Shown: piece after piece, positions 36,273-51,194 of the stretch
How positions within the stretch are numbered: the stretch's first letter is position 1
Layout: each line of letters opens with the position of its first letter
Assembly: GCF_037042905.1 (NCBI RefSeq)
Contig: NC_087255.1
Span: forward strand, 34,720,001 to 34,784,000
DNA length: 64,000 bases
Direction of reading: 5' to 3'
From: Lytechinus pictus
Lineage: Eukaryota
Position numbers and translations under genes: made by a program
The notes under the pieces: model-generated
Told to the model about the DNA's origin: nothing
Database searches by the model: none
The model's input: only the letters and a program-made list of their open reading frames with translations

Positions 36273-36956
36273 ATCACCCAAAATGTCAAGTCATTTTGAC
36301 CAAAATAATTTTGAAAAGCAAGGAAAAAAAAAAAGGGTTATCACCAAAAAGTAAGGTAATTTCGTCAAAAATACATGTTTTAATTCGATTTTGAATGATG
36401 TACAGTATTTCTTTCTATCATAAAAGACAAAAAATAGTAGGAGGAACATTTGATATTGTGTCCCTCTACTATTTTGGGTAGGGGCACACGTCCTACTACT
36501 ACTCCTNNNNNNNNNNNNNNNNNNNNNNNNNNNNNNNNNNNNNNNNNNNNNNNNNNNNNNNNNNNNNNNNNNNNNNNNNNNNNNNNNNNNNNNNNNNNNN
36601 NNNNNNNNNNNNNNNNNNNNNNNNNNNNNNNNNNNNNNNNNNNNNNNNNNNNNNNNNNNNNNNNNNNTTTTTATAAAGGGGGGGGTTGGGGTGGTATGCG
36701 AGGGAGCGTAGCGACCGAGTCCAAGCGAGCGGAGCGAGCGAGGGGGGAGGGTGTGGGAGGGGGGTGTCCCCCTCCCACAGTAGGGAAAATTTTTGAAAAT
36801 CTGTGTGTTTTGGGGATGAGAATCGGCAACGCTGGCCTAGCTTGTCACTTCGGCGGTGGCCCGTGTCCTCAAAAAAGCTGACGGGGGGGGGGGGGGGGGC
36901 AAGGGACTCTGTGACATTTGTTCGCCCAACCCCCCCTCCCCCAAAAAGAAATAATG

Positions 36957-37001
<45 letters not shown>

Positions 37002-37160
37002 GAAATAAATACATAGAAATAGAATAAAATAAAATTACAAGTTAAAAAAAAAAGATAAGTTTAAAAAAAATGGTCCCCGGATTTTTTTTTTGGGGGGTTG
37101 CAACCCCCCCAACCCCCCCTCTAGATCCGCTTCTGTACTACTACTACTACGACGACGACG
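36083..37160. repeat. Cluster of G-run/A-run short interspersed repeat fragments with (CTA)n and (AAT)n microsatellites around an assembly gap
   Basis: (cta)n 36083-36180, poly-A tracts, gcgagcggagcgagcg motif at 36725, (aat)n 36950-37000. Confidence 0.7.
36507..36667. other. Assembly gap
   Basis: Run of N. Confidence 1.
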
Positions 37161-39429
37161 ACGACGATAACGTCTATTACTATTGGCTCACCTGGCGTAC
37201 TTAAGCCGAATGTGTAACTTCTAACGATAAATAAAGAACATTTGTGAAATACTTTCGATTGTGAAATCTGGCATTTTGAATCTAACCATAGTGTACCGTT
37301 GCATTGAACGGGTATAATTACATTGAACGCCACCCTTGCCCCAAATGTCAATATCACTGTCATGCAAGGGAACGTAGCGACCGAGCAGTTATGTTTCTTT
37401 GGATTGACCTCGGATTGCCTATAATACAGTAGGCATTATACCCAATTGTAAAGCAGCTTGCAACGAAGATATGTGACCATGGTGATGTAGCCTTCTAATA
37501 AGGAGAAGCAGTCATTTGTGTGCGAGGTAGCGTAGCGACCAAATATGGATATAAAAAAATGAAAAAAAAATGTTGACGCATGTATCAAATTGCAGATTGT
37601 AAACCTATGTCCAAAAATGAATATAGGTCAGCAAAGCATATCTGCTGGAGTATAGTGTGCCGGACAAAGAAGTGTGGTGGTGTGATTTCCGATATCTGAG
37701 GCATACTTTGTTATGTGCACTACGTTCAGAGGCAATATAGTGTGCATTATTTCTTGCACGTCGTTTCTCTAAGGATTTTGAGCAACAAGGTTAATTACAC
37801 AAGTTAAACGAAATGGACATGCCATGTATATGGATGAGGCATCGTGTTATCATGACTCCTACACGTACTAGCGCAATTACATTATCATCATTACTGGACA
37901 GTGTGTTCCATCAGTCTCTTTCTACCGTCGCATGCATCTCATATCGCCCTGCCCCTCACCATTTACTTCTCCTTACCATTTATTTCTGATTTTTTACCTT
38001 CTCAGTTTGGCAGCACCCTCTGATAGTAACATACCCCTACCTATCCTCGTCGATAGAAAAGGATCAACATCATTAGCCTTTCTCTTTTCTAATTATTCCA
38101 TTCATCGTCATTCTTATATTCAAAATCACGATTATCAATTGATTAACAAGCATAACGGCATCCACAGCATCCACATTCTACTCTGAAGAGTATCTTCGTC
38201 ATTAACATAGCATCATCATCATCATCACATCATTATATCCCTTTCTCCCTATATGTCTCACATTGTTTTTTCTTGTATTATATGTATTTTTTAAGTGAAA
38301 TCATGACTCTATAAATACGTGTCCATTTCTATTTTTGTGTGTCTGTCTCTTTTATGTATTCAAATATCACGTTGTCATAGTAATAGGGATTAAAGACAAA
38401 CGTTATGTTATTTCATGTGAAACACCGTCCCGGTGTCGTTGTTTCAACAATCTAGCAATAATGTCATTGCCTGACCTAGTTTCTAGTTTACTCTGAACAA
38501 TGTATTATAACATCTGACGCTGTCTTGTACTCCGACCAGGCTCAAAGGCTAGACACTGTCTTCTGACATGGTTGGGCCAGAGTGGGCTTAGATTGTCCAT
38601 GCTTGGTCCGAGTGACGCATATATACATATATGGTTTACCAATCGGATGAAGATTACGCGCCGACTCTATTGGTGACTGAACTGTGAGGCTCACATTTTT
38701 TTCCCAGAGCGCAGTCTGAATGTGGTCGGGTGATTCTTATCAGTCTGTGATCTACCCAAAGGTAACGAAGATAGCTAACTCTTCTCGATGTAGAAGGCGT
38801 GGTCTGTTTATGAGAATGAAGGCGTGACTACGGGGTATAGTGCACGCGTCTAATAGACCACGCCCCCGCGGATTTCTCCTCCGTTTTACAAATGTGAACG
38901 AATAGAAGGCGAGTAGAAGAGAGCCGACCTTTCTCCATTTCTCTTTCACCAAACCCGCTTTGTCAGAAAATTGCATTTGATTCCTTTCCTTCTCCATTTC
39001 TCATTTGACTGTCAATTTCATGAACGTAACCATGATTTCTGTCAGTTAGCGCTCTTTGAATAGTGTGTCTACCATGTTCCTGATAATTGTCTCAGGGTTT
39101 ACATTGCAGAGTTGCACAGGTGATAGAATGGTATATCCGTTTGTGATAGAGGCGTGCTTGAAACAGGTAAAGAGCGAAGAGCCTCGTGCAGCTCCAGTGG
39201 AGCCATCAAATACAAAATGCGCCAGATTCGCCACCTTAGTGCTGAGGTCGTTTCAACAAAACTCACACCAGACCGATCAACGTTTATACGTTATTTTCAA
39301 ATGACATAATATCAATCGGTTTAGAGTCAGTTTCATGGGTGTGAATGAAGCATGAAGAATTAAAGGCATCCCGTGTGTTTTAATTATACTCATTTAGGAA
39401 ACTAGAGAGAAGAAAATTAGGAGGGATGG

Positions 39430-39645
39430 AGGAAGAAGAAGAAGAAAAAAGACAAGGTACAGAAGTATATAATATATATATATATATTAGAAGAAGAAGA
39501 AGAAGAGGACAAAGAAGAAGAAGAAAAAGAAGAGGAAAAAGAAGAAGAAGAGGATAAAGAAGAAAAAGTAGAAACATAAGAAGAAAAAGAAGAAGAAGAA
39601 GGAGAAGAAGAAGATTAAGAAGAAGAAGAGGAGGAGAAAGAAGAG
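39430..39645. repeat. Degenerate (GAA)n purine tract
   Basis: Directly visible. Similar tracts at 45460-45635 and 58400-58500. Confidence 0.95.
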
Positions 39646-39889
39646 ATCTTTTGAAAAATCAATTTACTAATTTTCAGAAGCTTGGATCACCGTTTTCTTA
39701 GTATTAATGGAAATTAATTTGTAATAATATGATGACATTTTAAAGAATTATATTTTTCACAAACACGAGTGGAGAGGAAATTGAGGACGAAATGATTGAA
39801 ATACTCTCCGTATAAGAAGTAAAGGTTCGAAGAATTCGAATTGAAATAACGAAAGAACGTATAAGGAATCATTATATACTTCAATCTAT

Positions 39890-40460
39890 ACTATTCAGTG
39901 CCAACATATATAGATCAAATAGACGTGCACTTGCATTGTTTAGATGTGGTTGTGCTCATATTGCAATTGAAACTGGTCGTTATCAAAATATACCCTATAT
40001 GAAGAACGTTTCTGTATCATTTGTAATTCGGATAATATTGAAGATGAGTTCCATTTTTGTATGATTTATTCTGCCTATGAAATTTTCAGATTGCCACTAC
40101 TCAATACTATCTCACACATTTACACTGAGTTCAATGATTTAACCACTTACCAACAATTCATTTTTATTATGTCTTCTGATACACTCTGCTGATCAATAGC
40201 CAGATATGCAAATGAAATTCTCATTCTTCGTAAAGAAATAATATATTCGAAAAAATAATATTGGACTTCCACCATCTTTTTTAAGGTGCTACATGTATTT
40301 ATTCCTGAAATGATAAGTTTACTTTGTGAATACCTTATGATTTCCTGTTTATGTAATTGTATGTGACTTTTATACATTTTGATGTCATCACTCATAGGCC
40401 TTCTTAGGCCGGCCGTCAGTTTTGACGGGTGTGATTTTTAAATAAAGAATAATAAACTAA
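39890..40460 (+). pseudogene. LINE ORF2 C-terminal (CCHC-type) remnant plus 3' UTR, frameshifted
   Basis: Translates RRALALFRCGCAHIAIETGRYQNIP/frameshift/EERFCIICNSDNIEDEFHF, the IETGRY...CxxC...EDExHF signature of non-LTR ORF2 ends. AATAAA-rich tail. Confidence 0.85.
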
Positions 40461-40829
40461 AAACTATAATTGATTTCGTATTATTTTCTTTTTAAAATTT
40501 AAATTTGATGTCGTAAGGTTATAATCTGACAATGATAAAAGAAAAAAAAAACAATTTCAATGACACACGCACACACACCGACACATATCAGCTTGATCAA
40601 TTAAATTGCAAAATGAATTCCGTAAGTATGTAAGTTCAAAGAAAAACTCCTCCTTGATGAGAAGGAAAAGAACAGGTTTGAAATAACTTTGAAAGGCAAT
40701 CGCCTACCCTCAGTGTATAGCTGCCCTTGCAAAGAAATCGGCGAACACGTCCCACTGGGAACGCTCATTTTCTCACCCACTTCCCCCACACATGTCTAAT
40801 AAAAAATAGAAATCAGTCTGGTCATTTGG

Positions 40830-40985
40830 ACTGCCTGTCCGCTAATTTAGCTTTGTGATTAATGCCTTTGAAGCCAACGACCCGGGTTCGATTCCCGGTG
40901 GAGGCAGTTTGTAAACCTTTGATTTGATACGAAGATAAAACATGCACTCCATGGGACATCCAACGAGCTTTGTAAATGATGTGTT
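40830..40985 (+). mobile_element. Degenerate tRNA-headed SINE
   Basis: actgcct...aggcagt acceptor-like stem and ccgggttcgattcccgg T arm/B box. A box degraded. Confidence 0.55.
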
Positions 40986-41659
40986 AGTCTGTTAATGTAA
41001 TGAATGGTATTATTGTGATGAAGACAGTTGTACCCAATAACAGATTACCAATTTTGAATGTTCACAAAGTTCACCAAAAGTACGCACGAAATAATATAAT
41101 TTTAGTTTTCAAAATGCAAAAGTACCCAATGACAAGCTCGGTCGCTTCGCTCCCTTACTTTCAAGGTTTTTTTTATCGAAAAGTAAACGCGTCCTGCCCC
41201 CTAGAAAAAAAGCGTATGGCCATGCTAAAGAACCTCCCCCATTATTTTTTGTTGGGGGGGGGCTGCGTTTGTTATACAACCATAGGCATGACTCCGTGGT
41301 AATCAGGTTGTTGTGCTCAAAGGTAGAAATTTAACCCAAACCACCTTCATTTTTTTACTTCTCAAATTTTTCTTCCAAAACAAGCATCGTTCCAGGGCCC
41401 TGCATATCAACCCTAATTGTAGGACGACTGCACGATCAAGCCAAACACCCCTATAATGTCCGTTGATGATCATGCAATCACATGACCTCCGATAAATCTA
41501 TGACCTTACGGTTAAATTGTACAGTCAGACCAGGAGGGTTAAGGGAAGCAGTATAGGCCTACGATATGGAAGATACGATGATCTTACGGGCTCCGTAATA
41601 TCATATTATCTTTTTTGTATTGCTGCTTTTTTCGGTCCATATAGATCTAAGTGTTATAC

Positions 41660-41935
41660 GTTATACTTTTTTTCTTTTTGAGTGGTCCACCCTCTACAAG
41701 CTTGCTTTTTAGTGGGCCACTCCATTTTTCCAACATATCTCATGTATCTTGCATAATATTATTATCAAATTGGAAATATTATCTTCTGTATCAAGTGTAT
41801 ATTTTATATATTTGGTTTATTTGAATATTTATGTCATCTATATTGTCTGATGTTATGTTTTATATATTGTTATTATTGCATTGTAAAATTTGTTGGAAAA
41901 ATGAATAAATAAATGAATGAATGAATGAATGAATT
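41660..41935 (+). mobile_element. CR1/Crack-group LINE 3' UTR
   Basis: Stem gagtggtccac...gtgggccactc, AT-rich UTR, aataaa plus (tgaa)n tail. Confidence 0.65.
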
Positions 41936-42934
41936 GTAGGCAAAATATGACCTACTAAAATGTTGATTTGTGAAACATGATAGATTCACTTTCCTGCTAC
42001 CTTCACGTAGGTGGAACCGATTACATGTCGAAAAATAGCCATTAATTTATTTCCAATGACATCATTGGGCAGTTTGAAGACGGTGTCGTTGATGTGACTG
42101 TAACATAAATAATAAATTAATTTCCAATTGCTTTCTCCTTCACGTATTCTATTACAATTTTGTGATACTCGCTGTTTTTGTTTTCTGGACAATTTCAGTT
42201 TATATGCAATACACGCATTATACACTGTATATGTTTTATGCCATCATGAAAGAACTAATTAGTATTCCTTGCTTATCCTACAATTTGATTCCAAGTATTC
42301 CATCATGTCGACTCTCTCCACTCTCCTTCCTCCTTTCAACCTCTCTTCCGCCAAACCCTTTAATCTCTCCTGGGAATTTGCCATCTACTTTTCTTGATAT
42401 TCATGATTGCGCCTTACTCGAAGATTTCATCAGCTTTTACGCACCACATGCATCTTGTTGCGGATGGGAAAAGATTTGTCATGAATATTTATGAGGTTTG
42501 GATTTAGCCCGTGCCCTGGTGCAGTATTGGATGGATTGTGAAGAAAATTACTTCCCATAAACCCAAACTCGAATGTATGGAAACAAGATATTTTGATAAA
42601 GCAATAATCGAGAAAAAATATGCAGACTTGACATTTTCAAGGGTTTATTTTTCGAAGGAGTTGGTAAAACACTTAAAAGAGATACATACATAGATAAATA
42701 TTATTTCTGCAGTATTTGTTTAGTGCGCAGTGAACGGCGCTCGGCCATTTCCCCTCCCCTGGTTGAGTACTTCATTTTGTAGAATTGGTTGATACTGAGA
42801 GAGGATGGATATTGAATAACTTGAAATAATCAGACAAAACTCCTTTCCTCGGGAAACTGTGTATAATAAAATGGGTCTCAGAAGTACCATGCAATTCGAT
42901 CCTCAGAAATATTATTATTTAAAAAATAATAATA

Positions 42935-43016
42935 GCAGGGCCCGCTGGGAGAACAGCTTTCAGAACTGAAGTGGCTTCCCCAGGGTAAATATACCTATAT
43001 TATTATTATTATTATT
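42935..43016 (+). mobile_element. L2-like LINE 3' terminus
   Basis: caggg...gaacag...ccagggtaaata followed by (tat)n tail. Confidence 0.5.
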
Positions 43017-45654
43017 GACAAAAAAATTAACTTTGCGATGCAACAGAAACGGGACAAAAGCTTGAACATGTAGGTCGATAATAATCAAGCTACAATTAGT
43101 TTCTTTGTCATTTATATGGTTCTTTTAAAATCGACACCAATGAAGCTACTATATTTCTTTTAAATGGGTTAGTTATACCTATCGATATTGAATTGACCAG
43201 CCTGAGGGCTAATGAGTAAAAAAAATCCGCACAAGCTTTAATTGAAGCCTCAAGGAAATAGGACATAGTTTATAAAAAATCTGTAATCAGTTGCCGAAAG
43301 AGCAGCCATCAAAGATATCATCAAAAATCAAGTGTTTCGTTTACATTCGACCAATCAGAAGCCCAGATTCGAGATCATTTCGTGTTTGTTAAGTTTAAGA
43401 GTTGCATTTAAAAGCTACTATTTCTGCATAATCCAAATCTTTTAATGTACATCTGTCATGTCTGATCAAACGTATGAAACCATACAAGTTTACTCATTAA
43501 TAATAATAAAAAAACGGTTAGTTTGAAATGTCAGTGAATACACACATAAGATTATCATAGTTATTTCAGGGTTCTATGAGAAGCATACGACTATATACTG
43601 CTGCAACAGTGTTTTTGGTTCTTCTACTGCTTCTAATTAGATGTTTCGACCCACTCACCTTCTCCTACTATCACTATAATACACTTAGTAATTTTTGTCG
43701 GGTAATAATTTGTCGATTTTTTTACATGGCTATCTAACGAAATTGACAATGAAAGTAACAAAAACTAAGGGAAGAAACACCTTAGTACTATGTCATCCAC
43801 AAGACAAACTAGTATATTAAATCCGTTGCCATCGTGGCCATAACGACTAATACCTATTAATTCACATTTTGATATATGCTAGATTCGATGATAATTTAGG
43901 ACATTTATACTTCTGATGAATTTATCATGGTATATACTAAACTTATATGCTAAAACTAAGAATAGAAAATTCCTTTAAAAAGGCCTTGGTGTCACAAATA
44001 ATGATGCAAATGTGATTAAGCAACCATTCATGACCATAATCATAATGCCATCAATGCAAGTTATTCTAGGTAAAATAATTGTTGTTATGTGACCAAGCGA
44101 ATTTCCATGTACTTTGATTGACAATAAAGATTTTGAATTGAATGATCATTATTAGATTATAGTTCTAAAATATTTATGGCCATCTTTCCATATTGCATGA
44201 TATCATCTCAGCTATATACCAATTATTTTAAATTGGAAGGGGGGGGGGGGGTTAGGTGATAGCGGTTGCAGTGACTAGTACCAATTCAAATGCATTTTAG
44301 CTAATGACAACTAAGCCATTAACATTACACGAGCTTTCATAATGAAAGCCCACGTACTTGTATCCCTGTTATAGGTAATGATTACTTATAAGAGGGATAC
44401 ACGTACTTACAACATCCACGATTTGGTTCAAGTCAGGTAAAATACATGTATGTGCAAACAAACTGCCTAGCGAAAATACTAGAATTTAAATGGGTTGACC
44501 CATTTTCTACACTCATCAGTCATCACTACCTGTATTTGTCATATTTGTAGCTGCCTCGTACATGTCCTTGTAAGCAGTGTGTGTTCTTGGCAATAAACTA
44601 GGAGCGTTACTCACCCGATTGCTAATATTCTGCATAATTACACATCATATTCATAGAGGTGATACGCCCTGAATTTATCCTTCCAAATGGTTTGCCCTAA
44701 ATAACCTGATCTGGAAAGTCTACGCGCCGTCCGACAATAATTCGACTCGCATCGCTGCCGGCTCTGCCAATTCAGTTATATTATTTTATACGGTTTTCTT
44801 TCCAGGATGATTCGAAAGATATACGATTCCTGGATAGAATTATAGTTTTGTCCTCGTTTAATTCCATATGTCTGATACTCAGACTTGTCACTTCCGTCAG
44901 TAACGCAGATATCTGGGCTAATCACTCATGCTCATGGGTCATTGAATCTCCGAAACGTTATTTGTACGTTTAATATGGCAAAGAAAGTAAAGGAATTGAA
45001 AATGAAACGGAAATGTGGATGATTGGGCAAACTGATTTAGAACAGTTCTTTAGTTATCAATTTTAGCAATTCAAAGGAGGAGGGAGAAACAAAATCTAAA
45101 GATCTAAATGAGGAAAAAAGAGAACGAAAGAGAAGAACAAAGAAAACAACAATAAGGAGAGGGCAAATCATGAACATAAAAAAGGATACATGAAAATGAC
45201 CAACAAAAGAATGATAAGTAGACAGCTGGTGATAAGGAGAAAGAAGAAGGAGAAATATCATATAAAGAGAGAGAGAGAAAAAAAGAAGAGACATCCGACT
45301 ACAACACGGAAATGCAACACCAAACCGCTCCTTGCTGATAGATGGCTGTAGAGAAATCTGACACGCTCCCATGCCCTTTATACCAGGATAGTAACCAGGG
45401 AATCTTGGAGTGCAAAACCAGGTGTAAAACTGCATCGAGATCGTCTGTCAAATAAGGAGGAGAAGAAGAAGACGGAGAGGAAGAAGAAAAAGAAAAAGAA
45501 GAATACGAAGAAGAAGAAGAAGAAGAAGGAGACGACGACGACGAAGAAGTAGAATAAGAAGGAGGATGAGAAGATGAAGACGAAGAAGAAAAAGAAGAAG
45601 AAGAATAAAAAGAAAAAAAAAGACGAAAAAGAAAAGGCTATAAAATCATACATG

Positions 45655-46470
45655 TATTTGAATGAATTTATTTATTATCCAATGTAATGATAATACCAAT
45701 TGACAAGTTTACAGACAATCAGTTATGAATACATAAAAAAGCAAGGATAATAGGAACCAGAAAAAAGCATGAATGCTAGTCAAGTCTGGCCCCTTCTAGA
45801 TAGAAACATGTTTCTTAACTTGTTAGTTAAAAATGAATAATCGTGAGTCTACTAAATATGCTCTGTAATATATATAAACAATGACTACATAACAATTTAA
45901 CAGAATTTAACATTATTTACATATGAATGATATCTAGATGATATAAAAAATACCGTATAGATGCTAACAAAATTAAGTTTTCCAACAGATGTTCAACAAC
46001 AGCTTTACGAAATCTTGATCTTGATGGTTTCTTTCTGATTTTGATTGGTAGCTCGTTCCAAGAAGTTGTGCCTACATAAGATAAACACTCCTTTCTCAAG
46101 CTTGTCCTAACCTTTGGTACGTACAGATTCTCATATTCCTTTTGCCTTGTATTATATCTATGTTGAATTAGTGAACAATATTGTAGCAGTGAATGTGGCA
46201 AATTTGTATTAATTAGATAATACATAAAACTACAGATAGATAATCTATACAGTTGGTAAATGTCAAGTATCCTAAGAACCCTTAATAATGGTGCTGATCT
46301 TGTCATGTACGTACTGAATGTTATCGCACGCACTGCCATTTTTTTAATTAATAATATGTAGAATCTAGATAAATTTTTCTAGCTCCACCCCAGACTTCAA
46401 TACCATATGTGATGTGGGGCTGTATGAATGTATTGTACAGCAGAATCAAAATACTTCTTAGCACGTATTG
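45655..46470 (-). pseudogene. CR1/L2/Crack-group LINE fragment: ORF2 C-terminal region plus 3' UTR
   Basis: LYNTFIQPHITYGIEVW upstream of ORF 45917..46339 (AVRAITFS...APLL..L.IL...YNTR...WNELP..I). Both are hallmark post-RT motifs. Frame disrupted. Confidence 0.9.
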
Positions 46471-47987
46471 TGGGTGAAGAAGGAAAGGAAGATAATGATA
46501 CAGACATGCAGAGAGGGAGAGAGGAGGGGGGGGGGGGGGTGTAGAGGGAGATAGACAAATGAGCTATGAATTGTAGAAAGAGGAATTAAAGAAAACAATG
46601 AGAGATAAACATGAATGGGGAGAAAAATGGGGAAGGAAGATGACGATGATGATGGTTAAGATGCGACTCGATCGTAAAGTGAAAAAAAAAGACAAAATGA
46701 TTCAAGGAAAGTTTACAAGTACAATATGTACAAATGAAATAAAATAAAGTCAAATATTATGGGCGAGTAGACATTCGAATGATTACACAAATACATAATA
46801 CAAAATGAGGCAGTAAAGCTAATACATTGCGAAATGAATCCTTACCATATCTCGGACTCCGTTAGTGTTTCTGGTAATAAGGAAATCGAAAGCATACATT
46901 GTATATATTATGCATAGATAGAATTATTCTATAGTATTCTCTAAAATTATGTCCACCAGTCACAACCCATTAAAATTGTAGCGCTATTTGTCTGACAATG
47001 TTCTGCTAGCCCTCCCTTTTATATTCTAAATGCATTTTCTGGAGATTCCAGAAGGCAATTAATTTGCTTTTCAATTTATCTTAAAAATGTCAGCGACCTG
47101 TCTGAATGATCCCCCACAAAATTGAGGGAGAACATGTATGCGTGAATACAAATGATTTCAAGCTATTTGAGACATTACCATGGTGAACATGAATGATGGG
47201 GATAATCTCCAACAATTAAAGGGGTACTCAAGGGTGAACATGACATGGATGAGAGTTAAATGATAATAACGGGGGAAAATAAACGAGCCAAATTTCGAAA
47301 GATTTTTTCAAAAAAAAATGACATGTGTTTAAAACATTTCAACGTTTTTATAAATCATAGGCATTTATATTTCCTGCTAAAAGCTTTTGAATTGAAATAA
47401 TTCGAATTCCCATGGACATTTCTCTATGTTGTGTTTGTGTTGGGGTGTGTCTGTGTGTATGAGGGAAAGCTATTATGAAACAAATACTCCGCAAGACTCT
47501 ACAATACGTCAGAATCTGGTTCCGCTCATGACTTCATGAAATCACGTGACTGAACGTGCTTTCCATCCCGCGGCAGCAAGTACCCCCTCCACTGAGCATG
47601 GCCCAGTGGGACAGGCTCTCTGCCAGCCATTCTTTATCTCGCCATTTATCATCATCATCACGCTTGTGTAACTCCTTCAGTCGGTGAGGTGGTCCCGAGT
47701 GATCGTAGCTCTAGGAGACACTGCTCATGACTTGTGCTCTCTCCGCTTTTTGCCCAAAACATCCCCCTTTTTTAAACCGTATTTACTCGCTTTATCGTTT
47801 TTTATTTATTTGTGTATATATATCACATGTATGTGTGCGTGTGTGATGAGTGGGGGTGTGGGTGTGTATGTGTAAAATATGTCATTCCCATACATAATAT
47901 TTTCATTCTTGTGAGCGGCAGGGTTGATATGCATGGCTATGAACTGTGGTGTGTGTGAATAAAGTGTGGATGTGTGTGTGTTGACGA

Positions 47988-48463
47988 CAACCGCGTAGCC
48001 AGGATTTGATTTTGGAGGGGGCGGTAAATGCAGGCTAAGCGTGCCAACACTTACAGAGCGCGCGAAGCGCGCTCCCTAGGGGGAGGGTGCAGGGAGGGGG
48101 AGTTTTCCCCCCGAAATTTTGTGTCAATGCGATTGAAAAAAAAACTTTTCATATTCTTTTCACCCATGTATACTTTATAATTTCTGGCAAGAACATACGA
48201 GTCCTATGGCCGGGGAGGAGAAAAACGTGTGGGAAACAAAGAGGAAAGGCATTTTAGATATTATTCCCGCGCGGAGCGCGGAAGCAAAATTTATTTGAAG
48301 AGAGAAAAGAACGCCTCGTTTAGGTTTTTATAACAACAAAGCTATACCCTTCCCCTTTCTCTCTTCGCTTTTTCTTTTTCTCCTTTCCCCCCTTTTTTTT
48401 TTTTTTTTTTTTTTTTTGGGGGGGGGGGCGACCGCCCCCACCGCCCCCCTGGCTACGCGCCTG
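47988..48463. mobile_element. hAT-like non-autonomous element
   Basis: caaccgcgtagccagg / cctggctacgcgcctg termini with perfect 8-bp TSD GTTGACGA (47980-47987, 48464-48471). Confidence 0.9.
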
Positions 48464-50378
48464 GTTGACGAGGGTGTGTATATGTAGGAATCGGTGGTGT
48501 GTGATTTGTGTATTCTCTCTAAAAATCACCATACCTTTCTTGTTCCTCCGGTCATAAAATACAAATATTTTTCTATTCTATGACCACTGAGGTCACAATA
48601 ATTTGCTTTATTAAAGATATGATTTTCAGACGAATAAATCGGCTGTTTCATGAAAACGGGTGTAGAAAATGTGTGTCTTTGTTCTTCAAAGAATCAATAC
48701 GAATTTTTGATACATACACATGTACTTCGTCTTGTGCCACCTTTGTTAATGAGAAATTTGATGATTATTTTTTGCATTTTATTTGGTGTACGTGGATTCG
48801 AACTTGTTTAAATTGTAATTGTGTCCGGGTAGTATACATTAGAGAGATGTACGAAGTGATTAGTGACTCGAAGAAATAATGACCCTCCCCCCCCCAAAAA
48901 AAAAAAATCAGTCTTAAAACTCTCATATAACCAATGTAAAATAAAATAAAATATGATAATGATTAGCCTTTATTCCTTTATTACATTCCTAATTACATGA
49001 ACACTGAAACTGTTTTAAATTATCCCTCTTAATTTTCCGCTCAAATGTTCAACGCAAATAACTACTGTTAATTTGTCATGTCTGTAACATATTCTAGGAT
49101 CTTTCGTTTGCATGAACAGTACCTACATCACTATTCTGGAACACTGTTGCTTCATCTGAAGAATACTATGATCAAATATCCTACTTGAAGAAATAATATA
49201 CTCACAAGACCTCATTTCATTTCTATTTTATTCAGCGATCATGTGATGACTTGAGTGTGAATTTTAGAAGGCAATTGAAGTGATCGTGTTCTAAAATTCA
49301 TAATAAATGCTAGGAAACATACTGTGTTTTCTCCATTCTTGTCTACAGGTGTGCATTATAATTTTGTACTTTTGAAATAATCTTCTATATATTACTTTTT
49401 TATGAAATTTTGCGAGTGTTTTTTTTTAATATGCTTCAACTTTATTCACTTTAATCCCAAAATAGTTTTATGCAATAGCCCTGTGTGTTCAAGGACTGAT
49501 TTAAGTAAGATATTTACACTGCCTCTTAATATCCACAATATGGTAGTATGGCATAGGCTTTCTCTAGCATTGTTCTGCGTTTCGTTTACCTAATTAATAA
49601 ATATTTTGTATCAAATCCCTTTTATGAATGACAATACCTAAATTATTCCGTGAGATTGGAAAAAATTATAAGGTTCTTGTCAAAAAGCATTTTACACACT
49701 TGGTTCCAGCTCTACCGCTCTATTCAATCACTGAAACATTCGTTTCACTGTCCGATTAGTCGAACGTAGAATAACATCCTCATCTTATCAACTCCATCTG
49801 TTTTTTTTTCTTTATAAGTTTTTTTGGATAAATACTTATATGCATTTTTGTAATATTAGCCGGTCAACTAATCTTATTCCCTCAGCTCAGCACAGTTTAA
49901 CAATGGAAAAATAAGAAGGGTACACTCATAAATTCACTAGATGGAAAGAGGGGGTGAACCTTTAATTCTGTTCCGCTAGATAAGATTGCATGGTTGTTGA
50001 GGAAAGAAGTGGTAAAGGCCTGTTGTGCATGCCAGTGGGGATGCATTACATAGCAATCATTGATTTATTGTGCCGTTTGGGGGCATGAAGATAGTCACCC
50101 CCGGATATACTTGGCATCCTGCATCCTACAAATATTTGCTCTGACCCAGATCATAATTTACTCACAAATACTCGCCGAGTCGTGACTGGGATTCAAGAAC
50201 TGCATGGGCAAGGTAAGCGGTGATCAAGTCAAAAAGTGTGACAAATGAAATTCATTGGTAAACGTATTTAAAACATAGTTATGGTAGTTTTAGGATATTA
50301 TGAGTGATTTATTATCCTTGCAATAAAATAAAATAACCCCTTAAAATTAGAAGACTGCAGTTATAAGTATGCGATTAA

Positions 50379-50940
50379 AGGGGAATCCAACCCAAATAAA
50401 AAGTTGATAGGTAAAAGTTTGAACAATATTGGACAAACAACAAGAAAGTTATGAATTTTTAAAAGTTGTAAATATTGGTAATCACTATACCCATGGAGAC
50501 TTCAAATTGGCCGCATATGGGATGTCATAGTGATGTAAGGCAAGGACTACTCTTTCATGTACTCCAATACATATTATGGCTAAAATTTCATTTTCCCCAA
50601 AAGTTTTATTTCAAATTATATTTTTCTTTCATGAGGACATAAAACAATATACTACCTGGGTTATATTTAGATTACTGCCCCAGGGGAATGGGTACTTAGG
50701 AGAAAACCACAAATCCCTGATAATAAAGTACATGGCCTATGGGAAAGTTGTCCTTGCCCCTTGTCATAATTTACTTACCCAGTTGCCAATTTGAAATCTA
50801 CATAGTATTAGTGATCTCAATTTTAAAGCAGCTATAACTTTCTTATTGCTTGTCCTATTTCTTTCAAACTTTCACCATTCTGTTTGATTTATTTTTCTCC
50901 TTCCCAACACAACATTTTATGGTCAAGGCTGGATTCCCCT
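50379..50940. mobile_element. TTAA-target MITE (Kolobok-like), second family
   Basis: TIR aggggaatccaacc / ggctggattcccct with perfect TTAA TSD. Confidence 0.9.
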
Positions 50941-51194
50941 TTAAGTGTAAAGGGAAATATTAAAGACACTGACGAGCAGAAAGTCTTTCTCAAAGACAGT
51001 GTTAACAAGGGGGTGGGGTCTAATGATTTCAAATTATTAATAAAATGGAAGAGGTACAAAATAAGGACAAACTCAGAAAAAAGAAGAACAAAGAAGACTA
51101 CCAAAAATGGCAACAAATTGTTCTTGATGGCCTTAAAAACAGTAAAACCCATATTTATCTTAACAACATCACATTACTTTGCTCGCCCATTACA

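Noticed and set aside
36450-37014. Long ORFs spanning N runs (also 60575-60969)
   Set aside because: Artefacts of assembly gaps.
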